Shown: positions 19,277 to 29,550, numbered from the stretch's first letter. The stretch is DNA of 64,000 nucleotides from Faecalibacterium sp. (GCA_044426225.1 JAWXUQ010000001.1:46173-110172); one strand, 5' to 3'. Notes: generated by a model from the sequence alone, not told the origin. Numbers and translations: made by a program.

Positions 19277-20854
19277 TTAGTGCTGCACAAAAGAGCGCTG
19301 ATATTCGCTCGGGGGGGTGCCAATGTAGCGTTTAAATACACGTGTGAAATAGTTGGGGCTATCAAAGCCTAGTTGTTCTGAAATTTCAAAAATGGTGTAT
19401 TGCCCAGATTGTAACAAAGTGCAAGCGGCCTCTACTTTGATCTTGTTGATGTATTCAGGAATGCCGATGCCTTCCTCTTTCTTAAATTGTGTGGAAAGAT
19501 AATTAGGAGATACAAAGGCTATTCTAGCAAGATCTGTTAAGGTTAAACGGTTTTCTATGTTGGCTTTAATATATTGTTTTACGTTGGAAACAATGGTGTT
19601 GCTGTTTTCTGCGGAGATGTCTAATAGTTGAATACAGGATTGTTCAAGCTGCGAATACCAATAAATTAAGAGAGATTTTGAAACAAAAGAGTAAAGCGCA
19701 TTACGTAAAAATAAAAGTTCGCTTTCTTGGTTGCCTAAAAACGTTTCTTCGGATAATTCATTCAAAAGGTTGCTTGTAAAATGCAACAGTGCCTTGCGAG
19801 AGTATGAATTTGTGCGTATGTTTTCGCGCAAGGCGTGAATGGTTTGTTGGCATTGTGGCAGGTTTTTTGTCTGTAAAGCGCGAATAAGCTGTTTTTGAAG
19901 TGCGGTAAAATTGAAAGATTCATAAGGCACTGTGTGTATGTCTTGTGGGAAGATACAAGGCAATTCTAAGTTGAATTGTGCATCAAATGCGTGGTGATAA
20001 TTTTCTTTGAATGCAGGTAATTGCTCGTTGCTTGCAAAGCAATCGGTTGCGAGAAAGTGAAATGGAACATTTGTCATGCGTTGGCTAATGTTTAGCAGTT
20101 TACTGTGGAAATCGTGCAAAAGAGTGTGGTAAGTGTCCTGGTTGTTATCCCAAGTAAAAAAGACAAAACTATTGCTTGGCATTTCAAACGAAAAACTCAT
20201 TTCTTGTTTAAAGCAGCGCTTGGCAAGATTTTCGGCGAGTTCTCGCATCCAAACCATTCTTTTTTCTATCGCGGGGTCAAAATCAAGGTTTTGTTGCGGT
20301 GAAAAAGTAAGCGAAATGATGCCGTAAGCATGTAATGCGTTTGCATCTTCTAGCAGCTGCAGGTGATTTGTGGGAGAAAAGTGGTGCTGTGCAAATAAGA
20401 ATTGGATCATCGCCAATCGAACGGTATCACTTGTAAGGTTTTCACGGTGTTGCTGCATGATTTGCCCATATTTAATGATTTGGCGTGCCTCGCATTCCCG
20501 AATTGCGTTTTGTACAGCTTGCTCAAGGATAGCGGGGTTTAATTGGCATTTTATAAGGTATTCGACGGCACGGTGGCGCATTGCTGTGCGTGCTAATTCG
20601 AAATCTTGTAAATTGGTTAACATAATAAATACAGCATCGCTTGAGGCGGTGGTGATAACATCCATGCCATTGAGCACAGGCATATTAATATCACAAATTA
20701 CAATATCGGGCAAAAGAGCTTCAATCATGTTCAGTCCTTGTTGACCGTCATTCGCAACACCAACGAGTGTGCAATTTAAATCGTGCCAATTGAGCAAATG
20801 TTTAATACCTGTAAGTACCAAAGGCTCGTCATCAATTAGTAATATTTTGAACAT
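19277..20854 (-). CDS. Two-component response regulator, REC + AraC/XylS HTH (YesN-like)
   Basis: Begins MFKILLIDDEPLVL...DIVICDINMP (REC) and has a C-terminal AraC HTH (PNYLSTQFKKEEGIGIPEYINKIKVEAACTLL...GFDSPNYFTRVFKRYIGTPPSEY). Confidence 0.9.
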   Translation of the reverse strand: MFKILLIDDEPLVLTGIKHLLNWHDLNCTLVGVANDGQQGLNMIEALLPDIVICDINMPVLNGMDVITTASSDAVFIMLTNLQDFELARTAMRHRAVEYLIKCQLNPAILEQAVQNAIRECEARQIIKYGQIMQQHRENLTSDTVRLAMIQFLFAQHHFSPTNHLQLLEDANALHAYGIISLTFSPQQNLDFDPAIEKRMVWMRELAENLAKRCFKQEMSFSFEMPSNSFVFFTWDNNQDTYHTLLHDFHSKLLNISQRMTNVPFHFLATDCFASNEQLPAFKENYHHAFDAQFNLELPCIFPQDIHTVPYESFNFTALQKQLIRALQTKNLPQCQQTIHALRENIRTNSYSRKALLHFTSNLLNELSEETFLGNQESELLFLRNALYSFVSKSLLIYWYSQLEQSCIQLLDISAENSNTIVSNVKQYIKANIENRLTLTDLARIAFVSPNYLSTQFKKEEGIGIPEYINKIKVEAACTLLQSGQYTIFEISEQLGFDSPNYFTRVFKRYIGTPPSEYQRSFVQH

Positions 20855-22607
20855 CAAGATCCCTTTCTATCGGAATTCGAATTGTCATTTCAGTATAAAC
20901 GTTCTTTTCGCTTTGAATGGTAATGCCGCTGTTTGCACCATAAAGCATACGCAAGCGTTTATGAACATTAGATACCCCGATACCAGTTGCTAAACTGTTG
21001 GAAGAACCCTGCCCTTTGCTTAGTAGTTGCTCTATTTCTGGTGATGTCATGCCGACACCATTGTCGTGAATTGTAATGATAAGCCAACCGTCATTGCTTT
21101 CGCGTGCGCGGACGGTAATGGTGCCAAGACGCCCAGAAGGCTGCACACCGTGAAAAATGGCATTTTCGACAATGGGTTGTAGAACCATTTTTATAATGCG
21201 GCAGTCGTTGTATTGTGCAGGAATATCATATTTTACTTGGAATGATTCGAGATATCGAATGGATTGGATGTTAATATAGTCGCTTAAAAGAGAAAGCTCT
21301 TGCGATAAAGTAATGGTTTCGTTTGCACCTTTTGCCATGTTTTTTAACAGGTTGATAAGGCTTTGGGAAATGCTTACAATTCCTTCATGACCTTGTATAT
21401 CGGCCATCCATCGGATAGAATCTAGGGTGTTGTATAAAAAATGTGGGTTTACTTGGCTTTGTAGTAACGCGAATTCTATCCGCTTTCGCTCCTCGCTATC
21501 GCGGATGACAGCATCTAATAAATTGCGAAAACTAAGTGCCATCTCGTTGACAACTTTACCGATTTCTGCAATTTCGTCGTTTGATTGTTCAATGCTAGGG
21601 TCGTATGAAAAATCGTTGTTGCCGATTTGCTTGATTTTCAAAATAAGATGATGGATCGAGCGCGTGAAATGGATGGATGTAATATATACCAGAAAACTAG
21701 ATAAAAGGGTAGAGATAATAATGGTTTCTAAAATGATTTTAGCGGTTTGGTTGTGTGTAAGTTGGGTGGTAGCGACATCTGTGCCTGCATAAATTGTTAA
21801 GCCAAGGGAAGGGATTGTGCGGCTCACAAGATTGTATTCAATATCTTGATAAACGAGGGTGTTACCATCAAAGGTTTCAGATTGTACCGCGCCTGTGGGG
21901 AACTCTAGACAAGAACAAAGCACCTCACCGCTTTCGAGCACAGCAAATAATAAATTGCTGTTAAGGTAGAGTTCTAGTACATCTAAAAAGATATCGGAGG
22001 AAACCTCAAGATATAGGGTTGCTTTCTGATTGTCTGTTGCGTTAATGGTATGTAGTACGCAAAATGCACTTTGCTGCCCATTGATAGAGGGGGACAGTTG
22101 ATAGAAGGATTTTTCTAGGGTTGGATTATCGTAAATGCTGCGTAGCTCGCTGTATTGTGGCGAATTTTGAATTGCAAGCAGGTCACTTGATTGACCAGAA
22201 AACTGTGCGACGGTAGATTGAATCATGACATCAGATTCGTTGAAAATAACTAGCTTTCGAACATAAGCGGAGCTAGTAATGGTATGAAGATAAGAGTCAA
22301 GCATGTCTTGTGCTTTGATAGCGGTTTGTTTTGCGCTAGTGGTGTCGATATCGGTTAAAGCCATGCTAGCGGAAACGTTCCAATCTTCCTCGATTAAAAA
22401 AACGACTTGTGATAAGTCTGAAATTTGCTTGATGATATCGCTTTCAATTACCGATAAAAGATTTTCGCTAATTTCATTGTTTTTTTGGTCGAGTTGCTTG
22501 TTCATGGTGTAAAAAATATAGATGTTTGAAAGAATTTGAACAAGCGCAACGGAAAGTACAGTAACAGAAATGATGCGAAAACGGAAACTGTTGTAAAGGG
22601 ATTTCAT
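20832..22607 (-). CDS. Sensor histidine kinase (YesM-like; two TM helices, HAMP, His_kinase/HATPase_c)
   Basis: Carries the 'LQSQVNPHFLYNTLDSI' H-box of the LytS/YehU-type His_kinase family and an HATPase N/G box (VENAIFHG...DNGVGM). It overlaps the response-regulator start. Confidence 0.9.
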   Translation of the reverse strand: MKSLYNSFRFRIISVTVLSVALVQILSNIYIFYTMNKQLDQKNNEISENLLSVIESDIIKQISDLSQVVFLIEEDWNVSASMALTDIDTTSAKQTAIKAQDMLDSYLHTITSSAYVRKLVIFNESDVMIQSTVAQFSGQSSDLLAIQNSPQYSELRSIYDNPTLEKSFYQLSPSINGQQSAFCVLHTINATDNQKATLYLEVSSDIFLDVLELYLNSNLLFAVLESGEVLCSCLEFPTGAVQSETFDGNTLVYQDIEYNLVSRTIPSLGLTIYAGTDVATTQLTHNQTAKIILETIIISTLLSSFLVYITSIHFTRSIHHLILKIKQIGNNDFSYDPSIEQSNDEIAEIGKVVNEMALSFRNLLDAVIRDSEERKRIEFALLQSQVNPHFLYNTLDSIRWMADIQGHEGIVSISQSLINLLKNMAKGANETITLSQELSLLSDYINIQSIRYLESFQVKYDIPAQYNDCRIIKMVLQPIVENAIFHGVQPSGRLGTITVRARESNDGWLIITIHDNGVGMTSPEIEQLLSKGQGSSNSLATGIGVSNVHKRLRMLYGANSGITIQSEKNVYTEMTIRIPIERDLDVQNITN

Positions 22608-22705
22608 CTTGCAAAGCACTCCTTTTAAGCAATATAATTTATGTACTATTATAATGTATTTTTATGGCTTTTGGCAACGATATGGGGATATTTGTTTGGT
22701 AAATG

Positions 22706-22762
22706 TGTAGAAAAGTACAGTTATTGTAGAAAAGTACAGTTATTGTAGAAAAATACAGTATA
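22706..22762. repeat. Three tandem 19-bp units (TGTAGAAAAGTACAGTTAT x2, then TGTAGAAAAATACAGTATA)
   Basis: Read directly. Located in the 380-bp divergent region between the kinase gene and the sugar-binding-protein gene. Confidence 0.9.
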
Positions 22763-22989
22763 GCGGATGAATGACGAAAAAGGAAAGCAGCAAGGTTGCT
22801 TAAAAAAATGCGTATTGTGGAGAAATTTACAAATGTTGTTGAAATGAGTGTAATTATGTATAGATGTTGCTGAGGATTTTGCTTGTACCTCGCGCAAATA
22901 AGTTGGTATAATAAATGCATGAGAAGCGCAATTGTAAAGTTGATTATAGCACGTTATAATTTGCAAGATTGCGACGAGAGGAGTTTACA

Positions 22990-24327
22990 ATGAAAAAGAT
23001 TGATCGCCGTTCCTTCCTAAAAGCAACTGCTGCTGTAAGCGTTGCAGGTGCACTCGGTGCATGTTCGTCTAGCACTAGCACTACAACCAGTACCACCACT
23101 ACGAGCACGACTAGTACAAGTACAGATAGCAGTGCTGAACAAATTACCCTTAAAGCTGCTTCATGGGATCTTACCTCTAACTTGCACTATCAGGCTGTTG
23201 CCGATGCCTACATGGCACAAAACCCTAACGTAACCATCGAAATGATTGATATTCCTTCTGCTGATTATAGCACGAAAATTAACATTATGCTAAATGCAAG
23301 CAGCGATGTGGACGTTTTCTGGATTAAAGAATCGAACAAAGCCTATGAATATAGCGCAAAAGGCCAGTTGCTAGATTTAACTTCTTATGTAGAAGAAAGT
23401 GGCATGGATTTAGATGATTTTAATGGTATTGCCGAATGCTTCCAGTTCGATGGAAAAACCCTTGCAATCCCTGCACAAACTCAATACTATAATCTTTACT
23501 ACAACAAAGATCTTTTCGATGCAGCAGGTGTAGATTATCCTACGAATGATATGACTTGGTCGGAATTCGTAGATGTAGCATACCAGATGACCAGCGGCGA
23601 AGGTAGCGAAAAAATTTATGGTGCTTATTTCCATACTTGGCTATGCCTTGTAACCCAGTGGGGTATTCAGAATGGTGAACATGATGTTATGGCTACCAAC
23701 TATGCAGATTACCTAACAGAATCGTTTGAAATGGTTTTGGGCATGCAAGAAGATGGCGTAATTAAAGATTATGCAACTGCAAAAACATCTAGCTTGCATT
23801 ATAGCACGGAGTTCTACTCAGGTCAGGTTGCAATGCTACCCATTGGTAACTGGTTTAGTGCAATGATTATCGCCAAACAAGAAGCAGGCGAGTTTAACGC
23901 AAATTGGGGTATGGTAACAATCCCTCATACAGATGATGTAGAGGCTGGTTACACCGTAGGCTCTACCACTGCAATTGCTGCTTGTGCAAACACCGCTTAT
24001 GCAGATGCTGCTTGGGATTTCATCAACTTTGTTGTTGGACCAGAAGGTGGCGACGTTTACGTAAGTATGGGTAATATTCCTGGTGCAAGTACAGATGAGC
24101 ATCTTGAAATGCTTGCTACTGTTGCTGGTATGCCAGAAGAAACGGAACAGATTGTAGAAGCATTGCAGGTGAAAAACTTTGAGCTTGACTTCCCAATTTC
24201 TGAACTTTCTAGTGAAATTAACACAATGATGAGTGAAGAATATGACCTTATCATGCTAGGCGAATCTACAATTGAAGAAGGCCTTGCAGCTATGACAGAG
24301 CGCTCTATTGAAATTCAAGGGCTGTAA
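22990..24327 (+). CDS. Sugar ABC transporter substrate-binding lipoprotein (family 1, CUT1)
   Basis: Begins MKKIDRRSFLKATAAVSVAGALGAC|SSS, followed by a Ser/Thr linker. SBP_bac_1-like, with two CUT1 permeases downstream. Confidence 0.85.
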   Translation: MKKIDRRSFLKATAAVSVAGALGACSSSTSTTTSTTTTSTTSTSTDSSAEQITLKAASWDLTSNLHYQAVADAYMAQNPNVTIEMIDIPSADYSTKINIMLNASSDVDVFWIKESNKAYEYSAKGQLLDLTSYVEESGMDLDDFNGIAECFQFDGKTLAIPAQTQYYNLYYNKDLFDAAGVDYPTNDMTWSEFVDVAYQMTSGEGSEKIYGAYFHTWLCLVTQWGIQNGEHDVMATNYADYLTESFEMVLGMQEDGVIKDYATAKTSSLHYSTEFYSGQVAMLPIGNWFSAMIIAKQEAGEFNANWGMVTIPHTDDVEAGYTVGSTTAIAACANTAYADAAWDFINFVVGPEGGDVYVSMGNIPGASTDEHLEMLATVAGMPEETEQIVEALQVKNFELDFPISELSSEINTMMSEEYDLIMLGESTIEEGLAAMTERSIEIQGL

Positions 24328-24494
24328 TGGGCATTAAAAGTTCCTTGTCGTTGCGAGTTCATCTTAAATGATTTTTCATTGCAGATAATCTTTATGAAAT
24401 AGCGATTGCGAAGGCGAGGATATTGTGATAACAGGCAAAATGGTAGGGGAGTGGTTTGAAAACTCTCCTATCATTTTGTATTTGGAGGAATTTT

Positions 24495-25400
24495 ATGGAG
24501 AAGTTACTCATAAAAAAGAAAAAATTGCCGTTAGGAACAAGAAACACACTGATAGGCTTGTCTTTCATTTTACCTAACTTTATTGGTTTTTTTGTTTTTA
24601 TTCTTTGCCCTGTGCTGTATTCGTTGTTGTTGAGCTTTATGTATTGGGATGGCTACAACCCAATGGAATTTGCCGGGCTTGGCAATTTTATTGATATCTT
24701 TTCAGATTCAGTCTTTAGGGCATCTATTTGGAAAACATTTTATTATACTTCGTTGACTGTGTTTTTTAGCTTAATATTTGCGTTGTTGTTTGCTGTTTTA
24801 CTGAACCAAAAAATGCGTGGGAGAAATTTCTTCCGTACTGCGATTTTCTTCCCATATGTTGCTTCTGTTGTAGCAGTAGGTGCTGTGTGGAATGCAATTT
24901 TGCAAAAAGATTATGGCCCAGTGAACGAAGTGCTGCGCTTGCTTGGCGTAGAAAACCCACCAGGGTGGGTGGCAAGTGTGGCGTGGGCAATCCCTGCGGT
25001 TATTATTGTTAGCGTTTGGAAAAACATTGGTTATTTTATGATGATTTACATTGCTGGTTTGCAAAATATTCCAGTGCCCTTGTATGAGGCAGCTACCATT
25101 GAAGGTGCAAACCGTTGGGTGCAGTTTTGGCGCATTACCTTGCCACAGCTGCGCAACACTACCTTTTTTGTATTGATGATGCTAACCATTAACTCGTTTA
25201 AAGCGTTTGATTTAATCTATGTTATGACGGCAGGCGGGCCAGGCAATGCAACTACAATGCTTGCGCAGTATATCTATAATCAATCGTTTATATACTGGAA
25301 TTATGGCCGTGCAAGTGCAGCTTCGATTATTTTGTTCATTTTTGTGGGCGGCATAACAGTTGTGCAAATGTTAGTTGAGAAAAAACAAAACGATTCATAA
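24495..25400 (+). CDS. Sugar ABC transporter permease (MalF/UgpA-like)
   Basis: Six TM helices and a BPD_transp_1 EAA loop (YEAATIEGANRWVQFWRITLPQL). Confidence 0.9.
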   Translation: MEKLLIKKKKLPLGTRNTLIGLSFILPNFIGFFVFILCPVLYSLLLSFMYWDGYNPMEFAGLGNFIDIFSDSVFRASIWKTFYYTSLTVFFSLIFALLFAVLLNQKMRGRNFFRTAIFFPYVASVVAVGAVWNAILQKDYGPVNEVLRLLGVENPPGWVASVAWAIPAVIIVSVWKNIGYFMMIYIAGLQNIPVPLYEAATIEGANRWVQFWRITLPQLRNTTFFVLMMLTINSFKAFDLIYVMTAGGPGNATTMLAQYIYNQSFIYWNYGRASAASIILFIFVGGITVVQMLVEKKQNDS

Positions 25401-25416
25401 TAAAAAGGAGCTTGCT

Positions 25417-26247
25417 ATGCTACATAAACAATCTAGGGCAGAAAAGTGCATCCTGTTTATACTGATGGTATTGGTATCTATTTGTATGCTGTTACCGCTT
25501 GCTTGGATGATTTCTGCCTCTCTCAAACTGGATAGTCAGGTGTTTACGGTGCCTGTACAATGGATTCCAGAAAACCCACAATGGCAAAATTATTTGTTGA
25601 TTTGGACGCGTATCGATTTAGCGTTGTATACGTTTAACACGGTGAAAATTACTGTTGTTGTTACGCTGTTACAGCTCTTTACCTCTAGCTTGGCTGCTTA
25701 TGGCTTTGCAAAATGCCGCTTTAGAGGGAGAAATTCCTTGTTTTTCTTTTATGTTATTACCATTGCTATTCCTTGGCAGGTGTATATGTTGCCGCAGTAC
25801 ATTATGATGGCAAAGGCAGGACTTGTAGATACGCACTTGGCCATTATTTTACTACACAGCTTTACGGCATTTGGCGTATTTTTGTTGCGCCAATTCTATA
25901 TGTCTGTTCCGGATGAGTTGTTAGAAGCAGCGCGTATTGATGGTTTGACAGAGCATGGCATTTACCTGCGCATTATGCTGCCTCTTTCCAAGCCAGCGAT
26001 TGCAACATTGTGCATTTTTAGCTTTGTAACAACATGGAATGATTTCTTAGGACCCATGATTTACTTTAACTCGAATGACTTAAAAACAATTCAAATTGGT
26101 ATTCGCATGTTTATTAGCTTGTATTCGTCAGAATATAACTTAATTATGGCAGCGAGTGTTTTGTCATTAATTCCAGTGCTTACCATCTTTTTGGCATTCC
26201 AAAAGTTCTTTGTGCAAGGTGTTGCAACTAGTGGCTTGAAAGGGTAA
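25417..26247 (+). CDS. Sugar ABC transporter permease (MalG/UgpE-like)
   Basis: EAA loop (LLEAARIDGLTEHGIYLRIMLPLSKP). No ATPase gene lies in the locus, which is typical of CUT1 systems that use a shared MsmK-type ATPase. Confidence 0.9.
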   Translation: MLHKQSRAEKCILFILMVLVSICMLLPLAWMISASLKLDSQVFTVPVQWIPENPQWQNYLLIWTRIDLALYTFNTVKITVVVTLLQLFTSSLAAYGFAKCRFRGRNSLFFFYVITIAIPWQVYMLPQYIMMAKAGLVDTHLAIILLHSFTAFGVFLLRQFYMSVPDELLEAARIDGLTEHGIYLRIMLPLSKPAIATLCIFSFVTTWNDFLGPMIYFNSNDLKTIQIGIRMFISLYSSEYNLIMAASVLSLIPVLTIFLAFQKFFVQGVATSGLKG

Positions 26248-26309
26248 GGATAGGATGTTCGTAGTTGGAAAGAACGCAAACATTGAAAAATGAGATGTGA
26301 GGAGAAAAA

Positions 26310-27476
26310 ATGAAAAAGTTTTCAAATTGTAATTTAACACAAGCGCAAGCGGAACAAGCATTATCAGAGGCTTGCGAAATTGTAAAAGCAAATGTCCCGA
26401 TGTTTACGGATTGCTGTCAAGACCATTCTAGCGTGGGTGATATTTATCCACAGCGTGAAAATGATGAGTGGACATGTGGGTTTTGGCCAGGGGAACTATG
26501 GCTTAGCTACGAACATACAAATGATGCAATCTTTAAAGAAACTGCCCTTGTACAGGTGGAAAGTTTTGTAAAGCGCATTGAAAATAAAGTACAAGTAGAT
26601 CATCATGATATGGGCTTTTTGTATACCCCATCTTGCGTTGCAGCGTATCAGCTAGTAGGGAGTGAAGAGGGTAAACAAGCTGCGATTGCAGCAGCAGACC
26701 AGTTGATAACACGGTTTCAGCCCAAGGGTGAATTTTTGCAGGCTTGGGGTGCCATGGACGAGGTAGATAATTACCGCTATATTATCGATTGTATGCTAAA
26801 TGTACCGTTGCTCTATTGGGCAAGCAAGGTAACAGGCAATGATAAATACCGCGAAATTGGTACGAAGCACACTGTGACTTGCCTTGCGAACTCCTTCCGC
26901 GAAGATGGTAGCACACATCATACGTTCTTTATGAATGCAGATGGCACACCCAAATGTGGCCGCACTTGCCAAGGATATCGCGACGATAGTTTTTGGGCGC
27001 GTGGGCAAGCATGGGGGATTTATGGCAGTGCTATTGGTTACACCTATACTCAAAACGATGAATTTAAAGATGTGTTCAAAAAGGCATTGGATTTTTATCT
27101 TTCTCGCTTACCAGAAGATTTGGTGCCTTGCTGGGATATGATTTTTGCGCCAGAAACAGGCGAACCGCGCGATTCGTCTAGCGCAGCAATTGTGGCTTGT
27201 GGCTTGCTAGAAATGGCAAAGCATGAAACACAGGATGTCGCACAGGAATATAGAGAGCTTGCGGGGCAAATGCTTGCAAGTTTGGTAGATTGCTATGCGG
27301 TGAAAATGGCAGAATTTAAACCTGGCATTGGACTAGTAAAGCATGGTACTTATGGTAAAAAGAGCCCATACAACACTTGCAATGGCAATGGTGTGGATGA
27401 ATGCGTAAGTTGGGGCGACTATTTTTACATGGAAGCCTTGACGCGGTATATGAAAGATTGGGCGATGTATTGGTAA
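26310..27476 (+). CDS. Glycoside hydrolase family 88 (unsaturated glucuronyl/galacturonyl hydrolase)
   Basis: GH88 motifs are present: DEWTCGFWPGELWLSYE, HHDMGF, WARGQAWGIYG. No signal peptide, so probably cytoplasmic. Confidence 0.85.
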   Translation: MKKFSNCNLTQAQAEQALSEACEIVKANVPMFTDCCQDHSSVGDIYPQRENDEWTCGFWPGELWLSYEHTNDAIFKETALVQVESFVKRIENKVQVDHHDMGFLYTPSCVAAYQLVGSEEGKQAAIAAADQLITRFQPKGEFLQAWGAMDEVDNYRYIIDCMLNVPLLYWASKVTGNDKYREIGTKHTVTCLANSFREDGSTHHTFFMNADGTPKCGRTCQGYRDDSFWARGQAWGIYGSAIGYTYTQNDEFKDVFKKALDFYLSRLPEDLVPCWDMIFAPETGEPRDSSSAAIVACGLLEMAKHETQDVAQEYRELAGQMLASLVDCYAVKMAEFKPGIGLVKHGTYGKKSPYNTCNGNGVDECVSWGDYFYMEALTRYMKDWAMYW

Positions 27477-27539
27477 ATGCGTGTGTTTGAGGGTACTTGC
27501 CTAGGCGGGTATATTTATCTTGAAAAGGGGGTGTAAGCG

Positions 27540-28796
27540 TTGGTTTTGTTTGATTTTGATGCGGCGCAAGACGCCATAAGTCGGCAAGAATATGAAGCAT
27601 TTTATGCAGAGCAGCAACCACTAATTACGCAGGCTTTGTGTGGTGCGTTGCCGTATGCAGATAGCATGGGGTGGTATTGTGTTGATCGTTGGGCAAATGA
27701 TGGAATGCTAGATGCATTGCTTGCCAAGGCGGCGGAAATAAAAGAAAATGCAACCGCTTTTGTACTTGTTGGTGTTGGTGGTTCAAACCAAGCAGCGCGT
27801 GCAGCAATTCGTGCCATCGGTGAAAAGAGTGGCATTGAAATAATAGATGCAGGTAATACGCTTTCTGCGTTTGAGTTGCATCATGTTGCACAGCGGCTGG
27901 CAGGTAAGGATTTTTACATTAACGTAATTGCGAAAAATTTTGAAACGCTAGAGCCTGGTGCTAGTTTTCGCTTTTTGCGTAAATTGCTACATGATAAATA
28001 TGGTTGCGATGCGCATCGACATATCATTGCAACGGGAAGTAAGGGCAGCCATTTTGAAGCGATTTCTGCGAAAGAAGGCTATGCGTTTTTTACGTTCCCC
28101 GATTGTATTGGTGGGCGATATTCCGTGTTTAGCGATGTTGGGCTGTTGCCCATGGCAGTGGCCGGACTTGATATCAAAGCGATGGTTGCTGGTGCAAAAA
28201 AGATGGAGCAAATCTTAACGAGTGAGCAAAGCATAGAAAACCCTGCCGTGAAATATGCATTGATACGAGCCCTTTTGCATCGAAAAGGGTTTCGCATGGA
28301 GATGTTGTCGTTCTTTGAGCCACGGTTGCGCTATTTTTCTAAATGGTGGACACAGTTGTTCGCTGAGAGTGAAGGGAAAGATGGAAAGGGCTGTTACCCC
28401 ATTGTCGGTGAATACTCTGAAGATTTGCATTCCATCGGGCAGTTTGTGCAAGAGGGTACACCGATTATATTTGAGACCTTTTTATGCGTTTCGGAGCGAG
28501 ATGTTCTCTTTTCCCCGCAAGCAGATGCAGTTGATGATCGTTTCGATTACTTAAATGATAAAGATTTTTGGCAGATTAATAAGGCGGCAGAGGCAGGCAC
28601 AATTGCGGTGCATGCAAGTCGCTTGCCCTGCATAATTCTTACCATCCCACAGATAGACGAAGAGCACCTCGGTATGTTATACTATTTCTATATGCTGATG
28701 TGCAGTCTTTCTGCAAGTTTGCTGTCAATCCACCCATTTAATCAAGATGGTGTAGAAGCATATAAATCGAGTATGTTTCGCATCTTAAAAAAATAG
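27540..28796 (+). CDS. pgi: Glucose-6-phosphate isomerase (short Firmicutes type)
   Basis: Contains VGVGGSNQAARA, IGGRYSVFSDVGLLP and WWTQLFAESEGKDGKG...DLHSIGQFVQEG. TTG start after AAAGGGGG. Confidence 0.85.
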   Translation: MVLFDFDAAQDAISRQEYEAFYAEQQPLITQALCGALPYADSMGWYCVDRWANDGMLDALLAKAAEIKENATAFVLVGVGGSNQAARAAIRAIGEKSGIEIIDAGNTLSAFELHHVAQRLAGKDFYINVIAKNFETLEPGASFRFLRKLLHDKYGCDAHRHIIATGSKGSHFEAISAKEGYAFFTFPDCIGGRYSVFSDVGLLPMAVAGLDIKAMVAGAKKMEQILTSEQSIENPAVKYALIRALLHRKGFRMEMLSFFEPRLRYFSKWWTQLFAESEGKDGKGCYPIVGEYSEDLHSIGQFVQEGTPIIFETFLCVSERDVLFSPQADAVDDRFDYLNDKDFWQINKAAEAGTIAVHASRLPCIILTIPQIDEEHLGMLYYFYMLMCSLSASLLSIHPFNQDGVEAYKSSMFRILKK

Positions 28797-28920
28797 GCAT
28801 TATCCTCATAAAAATCCAGTGCTATTTTAATGTTACGGGATCAAAAAAGGGTGTGTTGATATTCTAGCCATTGGAATATCATGCTTTTGGTTATGGTGCA
28901 AAGAAGAAACGAGGATTTCC

Positions 28921-29550
28921 ATGAAAAAAGTATTACAAGCGCCCTATATCGACCAAACCGAGCGTTGGGTGTATGGCTGTGAGAGCATTTCCACCGTGAT
29001 GCTGTTGCAGTATCTCGGGCTTGGCACGGACCCAGATGATTTTATCGACCATTATCTGCCCCGCGCCAACTCGACGGAGCAAGCGGGCGAAATGTACGCG
29101 GAGGACCCCACTTATTATTATATCAATGAGCCACGGGATTTGACGGGGTGGGGGTGCTATGCGCCCTGCATCGTCAATGCCATCACCGCTGTGTTAAACG
29201 CAGCGGGGCAGCAAGATGCCTATGAGGTGGTGAACGAAATAGGTAAAACCGCCGCGCAGCTGTGCGAGGAATATATTGATAACGGCATGCCAGTTGTCTT
29301 TTGGGCGACCCTTGATATGCTGCCCGTCAAGCCCGCAAACCCCGACCATTGGATTTTGCCAAACGGTGAAGTGTTCCGCTGGGTGGGCAACGAGCATTGC
29401 CTGCTATTAGTGGGCTATGATGATGCGCATTATTATTTTAATGACCCATGGCATAACCATGGCTGCTGCCCCTACCCCAAGGCATTGGTAGAGCAGCGCC
29501 ACCAAGATCAAGGGATGTATGCGGTGACGGTGCGCCGTGTGGCGCAATGA
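28921..29550 (+). CDS. Peptidase_C39_2-like cysteine peptidase (YvpB-like fold), no signal peptide
   Basis: Contains 'APYIDQTERWVYGCESISTVMLLQYLG' (catalytic Cys context) and 'NEHCLLLVGYDD' (His). Confidence 0.55.
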   Translation: MKKVLQAPYIDQTERWVYGCESISTVMLLQYLGLGTDPDDFIDHYLPRANSTEQAGEMYAEDPTYYYINEPRDLTGWGCYAPCIVNAITAVLNAAGQQDAYEVVNEIGKTAAQLCEEYIDNGMPVVFWATLDMLPVKPANPDHWILPNGEVFRWVGNEHCLLLVGYDDAHYYFNDPWHNHGCCPYPKALVEQRHQDQGMYAVTVRRVAQ

